A model generated the notes under the pieces. The model searched no databases and was not told the origin of the DNA. It worked only from the letters and a program-made list of their open reading frames with translations. A stretch of DNA of 63,626 bases, the filler included, from Octopus bimaculoides (Eukaryota), in assembly GCF_001194135.2 (NCBI RefSeq). It is 6 parts of 6 records of this genome, joined end to end, with 100 filler letters (N's around TTAATTAATTAA, not from the genome) between each part and the next. Parts side by side here need not be neighbours in the genome. Positions count along the whole stretch, not along the records: positions 26,108 to 54,165 come from NC_068985.1; 5 more parts are not named here. One strand, written 5' to 3'. The position numbers and the translations under genes are program-made. Position 1 is the stretch's first letter. Every line of letters starts with the position of its first letter. Of this stretch, positions 41,278 to 53,652 are shown one piece after another.

Positions 41278-43124
41278 ACTAACTGACGTACCCGGTAATT
41301 CCTGGGAAAGCGCGATTTATCCCTTGGTTCCATTCTCATAATCCAACAACAGCAATACAAATTATGTAGCCCTTAAAACGGTTTTTGTGCATTTACAGAG
41401 AATAACGAACTGCCTTACACAGGATTTTGTTTTTAGGAATTCCCAATAAGTTATGTAGATCCAAATTGTGAAATTGGTTATGTAATAACATGAAATTAGT
41501 TACCCGATAGTAAAAATTCAAATAAAGTAGCTCCAAAAAGGGCTTTAATGTGTTCCCAGAGAATATTGAACTTAGGAGAAAACACTAATAAGGTATTTAT
41601 ACTAAAATCATGAAGCATGTTACGTAATAATAGGCTAATCAGATATGAGATAATAACAATTGAAAGTAAATAACTCTGAAAATGGTTTTTGTGCATTCCC
41701 AGAGAATATTACCCTCAGGAGCGCGAGTGTTGGTATATTCGTGAATAAGTCACTAACCGAAATAAGTGGATCTATTGTTTCGGCGAATACTATTTACTTG
41801 TTTAAGGGTTGTACTGGATAAATTGCGAAAATATATCGTTCCCAGAGTAGATAGAACTTAGGAGGAAATGCTAATAAGGTATGTATACTAAAATTGTGAA
41901 GCATGTTACGTAATAACAGGCTAATTACATATGAAATAATAACAATTCAAAGTAAATAACTGTATGCGGTGTGGAAGTTTGTTTTCATTTTTCTATAATT
42001 TTAAGCATTCAAAGTATGCGTTCATTGTATTGGAAGACTCTTATTAAATAAGGTCTGGAATCAAAAATGTATTTACTATCATCGAAAAATTTTAACTGGA
42101 AAAATGCAGAATTATTGGAGTTATGGGCATTCAAAGTGTAATGAAATTTAATTAAAAACCCTGCATGCATTGCCAGTATTTAATTATTTGGAGATGTTGA
42201 AAAAATATTTACTAATGCAATGTGTAAATTAATTACAGCAATATGTATATAACTTTAGATATTGCATGAACTGTAATGTTGTATGAACTGTAAATAAGCA
42301 ATAAATATTGCTAATACAGGATGTTGCAAGTCAATGTGGTGTGAAAGTTTAGTTTGATTTTTTAAGAATTTTAAGCATTCAAAGTATGAGTTCATTGTAC
42401 TGGGACAAACTTATGAAATACGTTGTGGAATGAAAAATTTATCTACTATCATCGAAAAATTTGAACTGGAAAAATGCAGAATTATCAGAGTTATGGGCAT
42501 TCAAAATGTAATCTGATTTAATTGAAAAATCTACATGCATTGGCAGTATTTACTTATTTGGAAATGTTGAAAAAATGTCTATTAATGCAATATCCAAATT
42601 AATTACAGCAATATGTATATAAGTGTATAGATATTGAATTCGAATAGACGAAGAATAATTGTTTGATTTAGTAAATATGAAACCTAATGAATCAGAGAGA
42701 AGCATTCAAAGTATGAGTTCTATGAAGTGGGACACACGTACTAAATACGATGTGGAATAAAAAAATTTATCTACTGTCATCGAAAAATTTTAACTGGAAA
42801 ATGTAGAATTGTCGGAGTTATGGGTATTCATTCAATGTGTAATGAAATTTTATTGAAAAGCCTGCATGCATTGCCAGAATTAGAATAGACATGCAGGTGC
42901 TATGGGGAATTTCCCTCGGGTGTTTTAAAAAAATATTAGTTAGATATAAAGATCCCTTCCAGGGGCCGTACTATCGATTTTTCTTCAACAATCTATGTCA
43001 CGAGGTTTCCAGACATGATTTCTTCTCGCGTGTCAAGTTTCAAGAAAATCAATAAAATAATGTAGGAGGACGTAGCTAACAACGCCACAAAGAAACACAG
43101 ACCGATTTTCCACATATGTAGTAT
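41278..43124 (+). mobile_element. Helitron-like non-autonomous element with internal tandem repeats
   Basis: Starts actaactgacgtacccgg after (TA)n; 3' region caagtttcaagaaaatc..cacagac..gtagtata; two ~290-bp and about 2.5 ~350-bp internal repeat units. Confidence 0.55.
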
Positions 43125-45857
43125 ATATATATANNNNNNNNNNNNNNNNNNNNNNNNNNNNNNNNNNNNNNNNNNNNNNNNNNNNNNNNNNNNNNNNNNN
43201 NNNNNNNNNNNNNNNNNNNNNNNNNNNNNNNNNNNNNNNNNNNNNNNNNNNNNNNNNNNNNNNNNNNNNNNNNNNNNNNNNNNNNNNNNNNNNNNNTATA
43301 TATGTAGGAGCAGAAGTGGTTGGTCACTCCAATATTAAGCTGCCATTCGATCTTTTTCGAAAATATAATCGATGCAGATGCTTGACGATCTTGTGTATAA
43401 AGCCGGCAGGTGAGTAACAGATATGTTTCCATTTCATTAAACCTGCTCATCAGCGCATATTCAACTCATTTGGTATGGTCTTCATTTTCTCATCAATAAT
43501 ACTGTCTGCATTGTGTTTCTTTTCCCAAATCTTTCGTTGGTTAATATTACTGGCATTACTTTGCTTAGTTCATGACATAAACGTTCACACACACATGCAA
43601 ATGTGTACAAACACACTTATAAACACAAAAACAAACACTCACACACACACACACACACATATATATATAAACACCCTTACACAACGTAGTCCAGAAGGAA
43701 CATTTGTAAACGGGGAACATTATTATGTTAATTTTGATTTACCTAACAAATCTATATCCATACTCAATCAAATATTTCTATTTATCCATGTATAAAATTT
43801 AGGCACTCCTTGACTGGATTACACTTTGTTGTAGAGGCCCTATGCGACTGAAACATGTAGAGGGCTATCACCCTAGCAGTCAGACTTCAGACTTACTATT
43901 CACTGACCAGATAGTGACTCTCTGGCTGGTTCATAAAAAAAAAAATAAAACAACAAAACTGTGGTTAAATACCACACTTTTTTTTATTTCTAATGATAGG
44001 GATCTATATGGACAATCCAACAGAATTATCTTCTCTTCATCACACCCAAACCATTAGTATTACATGTTAAATTTTATGTATTTCATTGAACTACGTTTCT
44101 CTAACCACAGTCAGTCATGATCACTGTAAATCCATTATTTTCCGCTCTTGTTTTCATAAAATATAATAGACTATCCTTACTCTATCTCATGTATTTCATT
44201 ACTCTATACTTTATCGTAGTTCTTTTACTCTCGGATCTCTTTATGTTTAATTGATATCAATGTGGTTTATCAATTTCCATTTAGCAACGGAAATTGCTTA
44301 GGTCTCTCTATAAAGATCCTTACGTTGTCTAGACATTCACCAACTATCTTAGGGCGTCTGCTCTGATGTTGAAGTACCATGTGAATGTCTAGACATAGAG
44401 ATACACCAGTGGACAGATAGGACATACACATTTTTTTATCCTCTATCTTTCCCACATTGTCCCTGTTTTCTCTTTATCTACTTGGTGTTTGTCGGATCTA
44501 CATCTGTTTCTATTTGTAAGCCTCTTCCTTTCTCCCTCTCTCTCTCCCCATTTCTCTCACATAGTTTATACATTAAAACATGCCTATACCTATAATCATT
44601 GTCTCTTAAGTAAAATATATCCCTATTACTTGCCTAAGTCGAAATCACAATAGATGCCCACTAGGTAGAGTTATTGGAAGCGTTTCCTTGGGTTATCGTA
44701 TGGAAGCATGGGAAACTATAGTGAAAAGGTAGCGTCCAAAAGTAGAGTTAAATTTAGAACTTTCTGCGTGGGCAGCAGAGAGTTGATAACGTAAAATAAA
44801 TATATTTTTGGATTTATATATTAGATATGAAACTTCATTATACGTAGCCCTGTTGCACTGATGTCTCCTATAAGAGGTCCCACACCTATCTAGCAGGAAA
44901 CTGAGTGGGTGAGCAGCCGCATACCAATATATGGAGTCTTTCAAATTTATTTGAAGTATGAGTTTTATTTGAATTTTGATCTTGACTTAAATAAAATCAA
45001 CATTTTCTTTCTGTTTTCATAGACGCTTTAGTAAGACAAAGAAATTTATTTCTTCCAGTCAAATGATAGACTCAACGAGTAAACAGCTGACGCTGGTGGT
45101 GGTTTATCAATACTGATAATTTAAATTAAAAAGAAAGGAAAATAATAAATAAATTTAATGATGGTAGCATTAAGTACAATATTTACAGTATTGGATGTAG
45201 TTAATCTGTTTATGCGTTGATAAATGTCTCGTAATAATTTTGGATTAATCTCCAGGATATAAATGTTTATGAGAACGATAATTTTATTATGTAACAAGAA
45301 TTAGTTACTGTGAAAATGTCAAGTGTATCAATTATTTAAACGACATGAATTAACTTAGTATAGGATTTCACTACAAGAAACCATGATCAGCTTAACGGCA
45401 TGAAGCAGACCAATCATCAGGAAGCATTCAAGAGGCGATCTCATCGTCTTTCGGACTGTGTCGGAATACACGATCTAATATGTTCTTACCAAATTATATC
45501 GGGCATGATCTGAGGGAGATTTGGATGCTGTAGCTGACAAGAAAAAAATACAATCTCCGTCATCGTTGTCGATGTTCTTGTTATCATTGCCGTTATTGAT
45601 CGAATGGTTCGCAACCAAAAGACCCCTGGCATGACATTGTGATCACTACGTCCTTTTTTCCAGTATAATACATCTAAGCCATCCTGTGTGTTATTTCTAT
45701 TTTTAAGAAAGTAGGGTATGATATGTGGGAAATTAGGATGGTGCATATAACAGATGCGCAACTGAGTAGAGGTATTCTCATTGAATGGAAAGTTTTGTCT
45801 TACTTGGTGAGGTCCATAGATTCGTTCCATTAGAGCAATTTTCTTTAATGTTCCGGT

Positions 45858-46023
45858 TCTATATTTAAGAGATGAGGAATTATGTACCTTATTTACATTA
45901 TTTACCTTTGACGGATACTTGTTTGTTGTTAACGCAACGTTTCGGCTGATATACCCTCCAGCCTTCATGAGGTGTCTCGGGGAAATTTCGAACCTGGGTT
46001 CTCATTCCTAAGGTATTTTTCGA

Positions 46024-46072
<49 letters not shown>

Positions 46073-46195
46073 GTTATTATTATTATTATTATTGTTCAGG
46101 TCACTGCTTGGAATCGAACTTGCAGTCTTGGGATTAGTAGCCCGCGCTGTTAACCACTACGTCATATGCCCGTGGGCATATGGCGTAGTGGTTAA
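45858..46195 (-). mobile_element. tRNA-head + (AAT)n + hammerhead SINE-like element with palindromic 5' end
   Basis: A-box tgacgtagtgg, B-box gttcgattcc (46110-46119); hammerhead-like 45931-45976; palindrome 46150-46195. Confidence 0.75.
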
Positions 46196-46198
46196 GAG

Positions 46199-46269
<71 letters not shown>

Positions 46270-47382
46270 GCTAGCTGGCTAGCTATCTAGCTAGCTAGCT
46301 GGTTAGCTAGCTAGCTGGTTAGCTAGCTATACATCAATTTTTCATCAGGTGCAATTTAGAAATTTCATTCCTGCGGCGTTGGTGCACCCAAGATTACAGC
46401 AGAAAATGCAGTGGAGCAGCGTTTCTGATGTAGAACAATAATTTTGAATAGAATGGAAATTACTCAAACAAATTATCCGAAGCACCGTCAGATCTCAGAG
46501 CGAAATTCTGTCATTTTACTTCGAATGTTAACGCCGGACTTCAAATAAAGCTACTACAACAAAATCAAAAAAAAAAAAAAAAAATGTGAATAGAGATCGA
46601 ACATGAAACCACATGCTTAAACAGAAAACTTCTTAAATACATGACCATGCCTGAATCCATTTAATCAAACCAAAGCCTCACGTTTGTATATGGGCGCGTG
46701 TATGAACACACTTTTATCAATTGTCGTAGATAGGAAGGACTGTTATCTTCATCCAGTATGTCCCAGGTAATGACAGGCTACTTCGTACTTAATGTAGCAA
46801 ACTTTTAACCTCTCACTTCATTTGTTGTTCTCCATATTTATAACTACATATATGTGAAACAGGTTGCAGCTCGAATTATCCAACTTATGAATAAAAGAAA
46901 AGGATGGAAGAGCTCTGTAAGTAGTTATAATTTGTGAAGGTCTGATGGAGAACTTTAGGTGTTCTGTGTTATAATGTCAGTTACTGAAAACGCTGGAGAA
47001 ATCGTTGATTACACGAAATTATAACAGAATCAACCACATCGCTAACAATTGCATTGAAATAACAAAATTATACACACATGCTTGCATAAACATACAATAT
47101 TGGATACACACACATACACACATACACACACACACACATATATGTATGCATTACATTCCTGCGCACACACAACAGAATTACTAGTCAGGGATTATCAATC
47201 CGGGCAAAACACTTTACAAGCTCTATGTTAGTACACCAGGCTAACAATATTGTTTAGATTAGTAAATACTCTGCATATTATTAACACAGAATCTGAAGTT
47301 ATAGTTTATCACCACTCTATATTGTGAATCCATGGTTGTGTTCCAGTTATATCTTTAAACAAAGTGATATACAAGATGAAAG

Positions 47383-47707
47383 ATAAATAAAAGTCATTAC
47401 ATATTTGTTGTAGTAAATTTGACTTAGAGCTGTTTCCGGTAGTCATGATAGGTTCGTTATTGATAAGTTTACTCGATCGGCCAATTGATCGGTTGAGAAA
47501 AATTGAACAACCAAAGGGATCAATGCTACTTTCGTCAGATCACAACCAGAAATAACTCTAACGAAAGTAGCATTAATTCTCTAGGTTGTTCAATTTTACT
47601 AACCGACGGAATAAACCTAACAATAACGAACCTATAATGAATACTAGAAACAATAAATGTAATTCAAATTTACTACAATAAAGAAATATGTAATAACCAT
47701 TATTTAT
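47383..47707. repeat. Foldback element, ~150-bp diverged arms
   Basis: ttgtagtaaatttga/tcaaatttactacaa, ataggttcgttattg/caataacgaacctat, aaaattgaacaacc/ggttgttcaatttt, aatgctactttcgt/acgaaagtagcatt. Confidence 0.85.
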
Positions 47708-48389
47708 GCCTTGTCTTTCGTATATATATATATATATNNNNNNNNNNNNNNNNNNNNNNNNNNNNNNNNNNNNNNNNNNNNNNNNNNNNNNNNNNNNNNN
47801 NNNNNNNNNNNNNNNNNNNNNNNNNNNNNNNNNNNNNNNNNNNNNNNNNNNNNNNNNNNNNNNNNNNNNNNNNNNNNNNNNNNNNNNNNNNNNNNNNNNN
47901 NNNNNNNNNNNNNNNNNNNNNNNNNNNNNNNNNNNNNNNNNNNNNNNNNNNNNNNNNNNNNNNNNNNNNNNNNNNNNNNNNNNNNNNNNNNNNNNNNNNN
48001 NNNNNNNNNNNNNNNNNNNNNNNNNNNNNNNNNNNNNNNNNNNNNNNNNNNNNNNNNNNNNNNNNNNNNNNNNNNNNNNNNNNNNNNNNNNNNNNNNNNN
48101 NNNNNNNNNNNNNNNNNNNNNNNNNNNNNNNNNNNNNNNNNNNNNNNNNNNNNNNNNNNNNNNNNNNNNNNNNNNNNNNNNNNNNNNNNNNNNNNNNNNN
48201 NNNNNNNNNNNNNNNNNNNNNNNNNNNNNNNNNNNNNNNNNNNNNNNNNNNNNNNNNNNNNNNNNNNNNNNNNNNNNNNNNNNNNNNNNNNNNNNNNNNN
48301 NNNNNNNNNNNNNNNNNNNNNNNNNNNNNNNNNNNNNNNNNNNNNNNNNNATATATAAATATATATATATATATATTGATAGAAAAAGT

Positions 48390-48560
48390 AAAACAACAAA
48401 AGAAAGAAAGAGACCTCGATATTATGTAAATAGAGGAATTTATCTGTAAATATATGTAAATAATATGTGACAGTTATTAGGTAGCCATGATAAAACTCCC
48501 AGTTTCGGATGTTGGGGCGGAAACCCATGCCGCTATCTCTTCAGTTATCTGGCCATCGAA
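48390..48560 (-). mobile_element. Hammerhead-bearing repeat (Penelope pLTR-like), copy 1
   Basis: Homologous to 52070-52225. Confidence 0.6.
48489..48549 (-). ncRNA. Type I hammerhead motif with intact core
   Basis: GATAA-CTGAAGA-G..(GCGG/CCGC)..C-GAAA-CT-GGG-AG-T-T-TTATC; stem II base irregular. Confidence 0.7.
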
Positions 48561-49014
48561 AAAATGCTATGAAAATGACCGTTAGACAAAGGGAAATTTG
48601 TGTGTGATTGACCGTTATTAAGACAAAAGAGCTATTAGAATGACCGCCAAATAAGGGGAGGGAGTTAAGGTAAGGGAGTAAAAATGTCCATAGTATTCGC
48701 GTAAGCGCACAAGTCCATACATACACATGCGGGCGCGTATCTGTATGTATGGCGTGCTAATGTTTCTGCTAGCTCGCCGTCTTGTGCTTCAGTAAATATC
48801 TATTAAAAAGTCAGGCCAGGTAGAAGAGACCGTATGCATTAACGTTAAATTAGAGTAGTAAGCGTCAGAGACAAAATTATGCTACAGGAGGTTCAGCTTT
48901 CGCATATGGGACACTTCAGGATTATTTTGAGACACACTCTGCGGCGGGAGTGGGGGGTTAAAACTAGCGTCTTATATGCCGTTAAATACAAAAATTTTAC
49001 ATTGGAACAAAAAG

Positions 49015-49679
49015 AAAAATTTTGGATCTATTTTAAAACGGGGGCACCAGTATTTTCTTAACGAAACACTTTGAAACTTGGGACACTGGTAGAATGTGTC
49101 ATATAAAACATCTTTTACTCTTAGTCTTCTTAACAAAAAAAAAGTACATCGCAAGTTATTCCATGTTTAAGTTGTCGTATTTCTGTAATTTCAACCAATC
49201 ACTGACGTCTATTCAGCTGAATAGAGTTACTGCTGGGCGGTCATAAAAATGCTATTCCCTGTGACATATTTCATCCGGTTTAATCGTAATTTATACGCAT
49301 ATATTGTTTATATAATAAATAACGCTGTGCGTATCTATGTGTGTAACAGTTTTAGAGTTCGGATTCTAGAGTTAGGGTTAATTTTAGGGTTAAGGTTAGG
49401 GTTAGGGTTAGGGTTAACAGTCTAGTTAGGGTTAGGGCTAGGGTTAGGGATTAATGCGATATACACCGTTACAACGCTAACTGTTTTCAGTGATTAGTAG
49501 AAATTATCGAAATAAGACAATTTTTTACATGAAATAAATTCGAATACAAAAAATTTTTTCTGTTCTATAATACAAAATAGATAAGTATACGAAGTTTGAA
49601 AGTCTTTCGGTACCAAAAACACTACATAAAACATAAATGAAAACTGGTGCCCCCGTTTTGAAATAGATCCAAAATTTTT
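49015..49679. mobile_element. Non-autonomous TIR element with internal TTAGGG repeats
   Basis: 37-bp inverted repeats 49015-49051 / 49643-49679 match 36/37; (TTAGGG)n-like tract at 49372-49448. Confidence 0.8.
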
Positions 49680-51597
49680 GCGGGAGGGAACATTCAATTA
49701 TATCGCCCCATGTATTTAACTCGTACTTTATTTTATCGAGGCCGGATCGATGAATTGTTAGTCTGACAAGGATTTGAAATTAAACTGCAAAATTTTGTAA
49801 CTCGTTACTGGAAACACATTTCTTTTTATCTGGCACTAACTCTGCTATTATTACATCTTGTCATATCCACCCCCTCCACTACCAACGCCGCTGCTGCCGC
49901 TGCTGCTGCTGCCGCCTCTGCTGCCGCTGCTATAGCTCTGATGCTGCCACCGCTGATTCTGCTTTCGCCACTGCCACCGCTACCCCAGACTCCCTCGCAG
50001 CCGCTGTTCCCGCTGCTGCCATTATCATCATCGTGACCATCGTATCATCATCATCATCATCATCATTATCATTTCTTTCGACAGCAGCAGCAGAAACACC
50101 AGCATCGTTTACATTTTCTATTTTACGTCATTTTCCTATCTTTCAAGAAGAGATGCTTTAGGACAAAAAATCTATAAAAAAAAAAGAAAAAGAAACAATA
50201 CACTGACAAAAAATTCCTCAATTACGTATGATTAACAACAGATACTAGCACTCTATGAGTTGAATGAGAAAAATAATGAAGGGAAACTGACAGCGACTCT
50301 CTTTAACATAAGATATAGAAAAAAAATGATTACGATAGAAAGAAGGTAGACAAAGAAACAGCGACGAAAGTGGCGAAGTGAGAAAGGAAGCTGGCTTTCT
50401 GTAATGACATCAAGAATAAATTGTAATTATAGTGAACAGCGCCGAGGGCGTTCAGAGAAAATAATTGTGCTTTAAGCGCTGGTGATTATAAGAATTGTTT
50501 TTGCCAAAGTACAGGTTGCTTAGAAACACCATTTTCTACAGCGTTAATGTAGTCTTTCTTTTATCTTACTTTTATTTTTTCTCCTCTTATATTTGTATTT
50601 ATCTGGCTAAACTGTGCATTCTCTTTTTCCTTCCGTTTGCTCTATGTTTTTGCGAAATATTCCTCGTGATGTCACTAATTCTATTCGTGAATTCTATTTG
50701 CATATGACTTGAGCTTACATTAAAGCCCAGCAGTTGAAAAAGTGAAAACATAGCTGTAGGTTACTCTTTAACTTTTAACTATTTTGCAAGATGGAATTAT
50801 CAATGATAGCCTGTCCATTATTCCAAAACAGAAAAATCAATGGTCCATTTAAAAAAAAAAAAAATTTTCTTAATGTACAGTGTTTTTTTCTTTTTCTGTC
50901 TTTTTTACTTTCAAATCGATATTTCATAAGATAAAGCAATGATATTTCCTTTTAGTTCTGCCGCTGTGCTTCATATATTTCACAGAGGAGTTGATATATA
51001 TATATATATCAGTGTGTGTGCTTGTGTGTGTGTCTGTATGTGTGCGTATGTGTATGTATTTGTGTATGTGTGTGTATGTGTGTGTGCGCGCGCGCGCGTG
51101 TGTGAAAGGAACCGGTGACAGGTCGATCAGAAGGATTCTAGAATAACGGGCCACATGCCAGGCAAATTTATATAAATATCTACAACGTTAGTTGTAGTCT
51201 AACGTTAGACTATAAATATCAACACCATCAGTAAATCTAACGTTAGACTAAAGTCTAATTAGATGTACCTTTATTTTCTAAATCATTCCATTGATTTTTA
51301 CAAACTAAGGCTCCGAATATGGATCGAAAATTCAAAGGATGCACTACCTCCGTTTCAGGTGTTGTGTATGAGGAATAATTCGAAATAGTTCAGACAGTTG
51401 AAATTCAATCAATTCGATTCACGCTGTCATTTTGCTTATATATATCTGTATGTATGTATGTATGTATGTATGTATGTATGTATGTATGTATGTATGTATG
51501 AACGCAAGTATGTATGATACGTATGTGTGTATGTACGTTTATATATATACGTTTACATATATCGGTATAAATATATGAACGCGCGCGTGTGTATATA

Positions 51598-51634
<37 letters not shown>

Positions 51635-51993
51635 NNNNNNNNNNNNNNNNNNNNNNNNNNNNNNNNNNNNNNNNNNNNNNNNNNNNNNNNNNNNNNNNNN
51701 NNNNNNNNNNNNNNNNNNNNNNNNNNNNNNNNNNNNNNNNNNNNNNNNNNNNNNNNNNNNNNNNNNNNNNNNNNNNNNNNNNNNNNNNNNNNNNNNNNNN
51801 NNNNNNNNNNNNNNNNNNNNNNNNNNNNNNNNNNNNNNNNNNNNNNNNNNNNNNNNNNNNNNNNNNNNNNNNNNNNNNNNNNNNNNNNNNNNNNNNNNNN
51901 NNNNNNNNNNNNNNNNNNNNNNNNNNNNNNNNNNNNNNNNNNNNNNNNNNNNNNNNNNNNNNNNNNNNNNNNNNNNNNNNNNTATATATATAT

Positions 51994-52034
<41 letters not shown>

Positions 52035-52069
52035 ATGTATATATATATATATTAATAATAATAATGATA

Positions 52070-52225
52070 TGACAACAAAAGAATTAATGAGACCTCGATA
52101 TTATGTAAAATAGAGGAATTTATCCATAAATATGATATGTGACAATTAGTTGGTGGTCATAATAAAAGTCAGAGTTTCGGATGCCGGAGCTGAAGTCTGC
52201 TCCGCCATCTCATCAGTCATTAAGA
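52070..52225 (-). mobile_element. Hammerhead-bearing repeat, copy 2
   Basis: Minus strand: TAATGA-CTGATGA-GATGGCGGAGC-agacttca-GCTCCGGCATCC-GAAAC..TTATTA. Confidence 0.6.
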
Positions 52226-52509
52226 CAAACAAAAACGCTATCCTTCTTTATTAATGTCGTTATAAACTTGTGGTCTAGCTTTAGTGCAATTATTAATAAT
52301 GTTGTTATGTAGAAGTCACAAATGTATTTATACTGAGCATAAAAATACTGAATGCTAGTAAGCGGGTACATAATTTTTCAACTCTAAATATGTATATATG
52401 CACGTATTTAGGGAGCTTGTTACATATCCCTGTGCCCCATTAATTAAAATAAATACCCGAACTTGTAATCTGGACAGAATAGCTGTAGATTTCTCAAAGT
52501 TCAGCGTAG

Positions 52510-52815
52510 GTATTTTTATTCGCTGAGCTTTAGCTTTATGTTAATTTTCGCAATGCAGTTGATTTTCACAACTGTACATAGTTTCTCTTCCCTATCCCCA
52601 ACTACTATGTCAGGTCTATTATGTTTACATTTTATTTGGGTTTTCACTGGGACATTCCACCAGTAATCATTTTTATTACGAGTGGCTATAATTTCTACCA
52701 TACTGTAGGTTCGTATTTCTTTGGTTATCCTTCCGATGGTTCTCATTATACAGTGCCCTAGCTACGGCATCATGTTTCAGCGGTAGAAAATACCGTAATG
52801 ACATTTTCGGACAAC
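52510..52815 (-). mobile_element. RLE LINE endonuclease fragment (same family as 14450-18310)
   Basis: SCPKMSLRYFLPLKHDAVAR; WWNVPVKTQIKCKHNRPDIVVGDREEKLCTVV. Confidence 0.85.
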
Positions 52816-53094
52816 TGTATGTATGTATGTATGTATGTATGTATGTATGTATGTATGTATGTATGAATGTATGTATGTATGTATGCATGCAAGTATGTTT
52901 GTATGTATGTATGTATGTATGTGCATGCGTGTGTGCATGCATGCATGTACGTATGTATGCATGTAATCGTATGTATGTATGTATGTATGTATGCAAGCCG
53001 CTAATTGTAGTATTCATAATTTGCAGAAGGAATATGCGAAAATTCTTGGTTATGCACACGAAGATACACACACACACACACACACACACACGCA

Positions 53095-53652
53095 TATCTG
53101 CAGGGGATGTGATAGCATCAGCTTTTGGGGATGCAAAAGGCACTGTGCTTATTGATTATCTTCAAAATGGTTACACCATCAATAAAGAGTACTATGCCAA
53201 CTTGCTGAGGCAGTTATGAAAGGCTATCAAGACCAAACGCTCAGGAAAACCGACAAAAGAGGACTTGTTTCATCAGGACAATGCTCCAGCACACAAGTCC
53301 TTGGTTTTGAAAGGCGGCTGTGTGTGACTGTGTCTTTCAACTGGTTGATCAGGTTCGCTGTTCTCCTGATTTGGAACTCACCTGCTTATTATCTTTTTTC
53401 CAACATGAAAAAAAAGAGCAAAAAAAAACACTTGGAAGCCATTATCGCAGTGATGGTGACGTCATATCTGCTGTTGATAACATTTTTGACCATCAGGATG
53501 AAATATTTTTCACCAATGAGATCCAAGCTGTGCAACACCGATGGAAGTAGTGTGTGAACCGCAAGGAGGGATATGTTGAAAAATAAACGTCATTTGGTCA
53601 CTTCAATGAGAGTATCTTGGTCAGCCAATGGACTTCCAGCTGACATTCGTAT
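53095..53652 (+). mobile_element. mariner (DD34D-type) transposase C-terminal remnant with right end
   Basis: GTVLIDYLQNGYTINKEYYANLLRQL; FHQDNAPAH; SPDL; RWK*CV..GYVEK*; ends ..cattcgTA. Confidence 0.9.

Noticed and set aside
46092-46171. Functional tRNA genes (also SINE heads at 7160, 33350, 36758, 38750)
   Set aside because: A and B boxes are present but the acceptor stem and cloverleaf are not supported, and each continues into repeat bodies.
49372-49448. True telomere or chromosome-fusion scar
   Set aside because: Short, degenerate, single orientation and enclosed by TIRs.
49880-50100. Poly-Ala/Gln-like (GCT/GCC/CAG) tract
   Set aside because: Degenerate trinucleotide low-complexity sequence with no flanking coding context.
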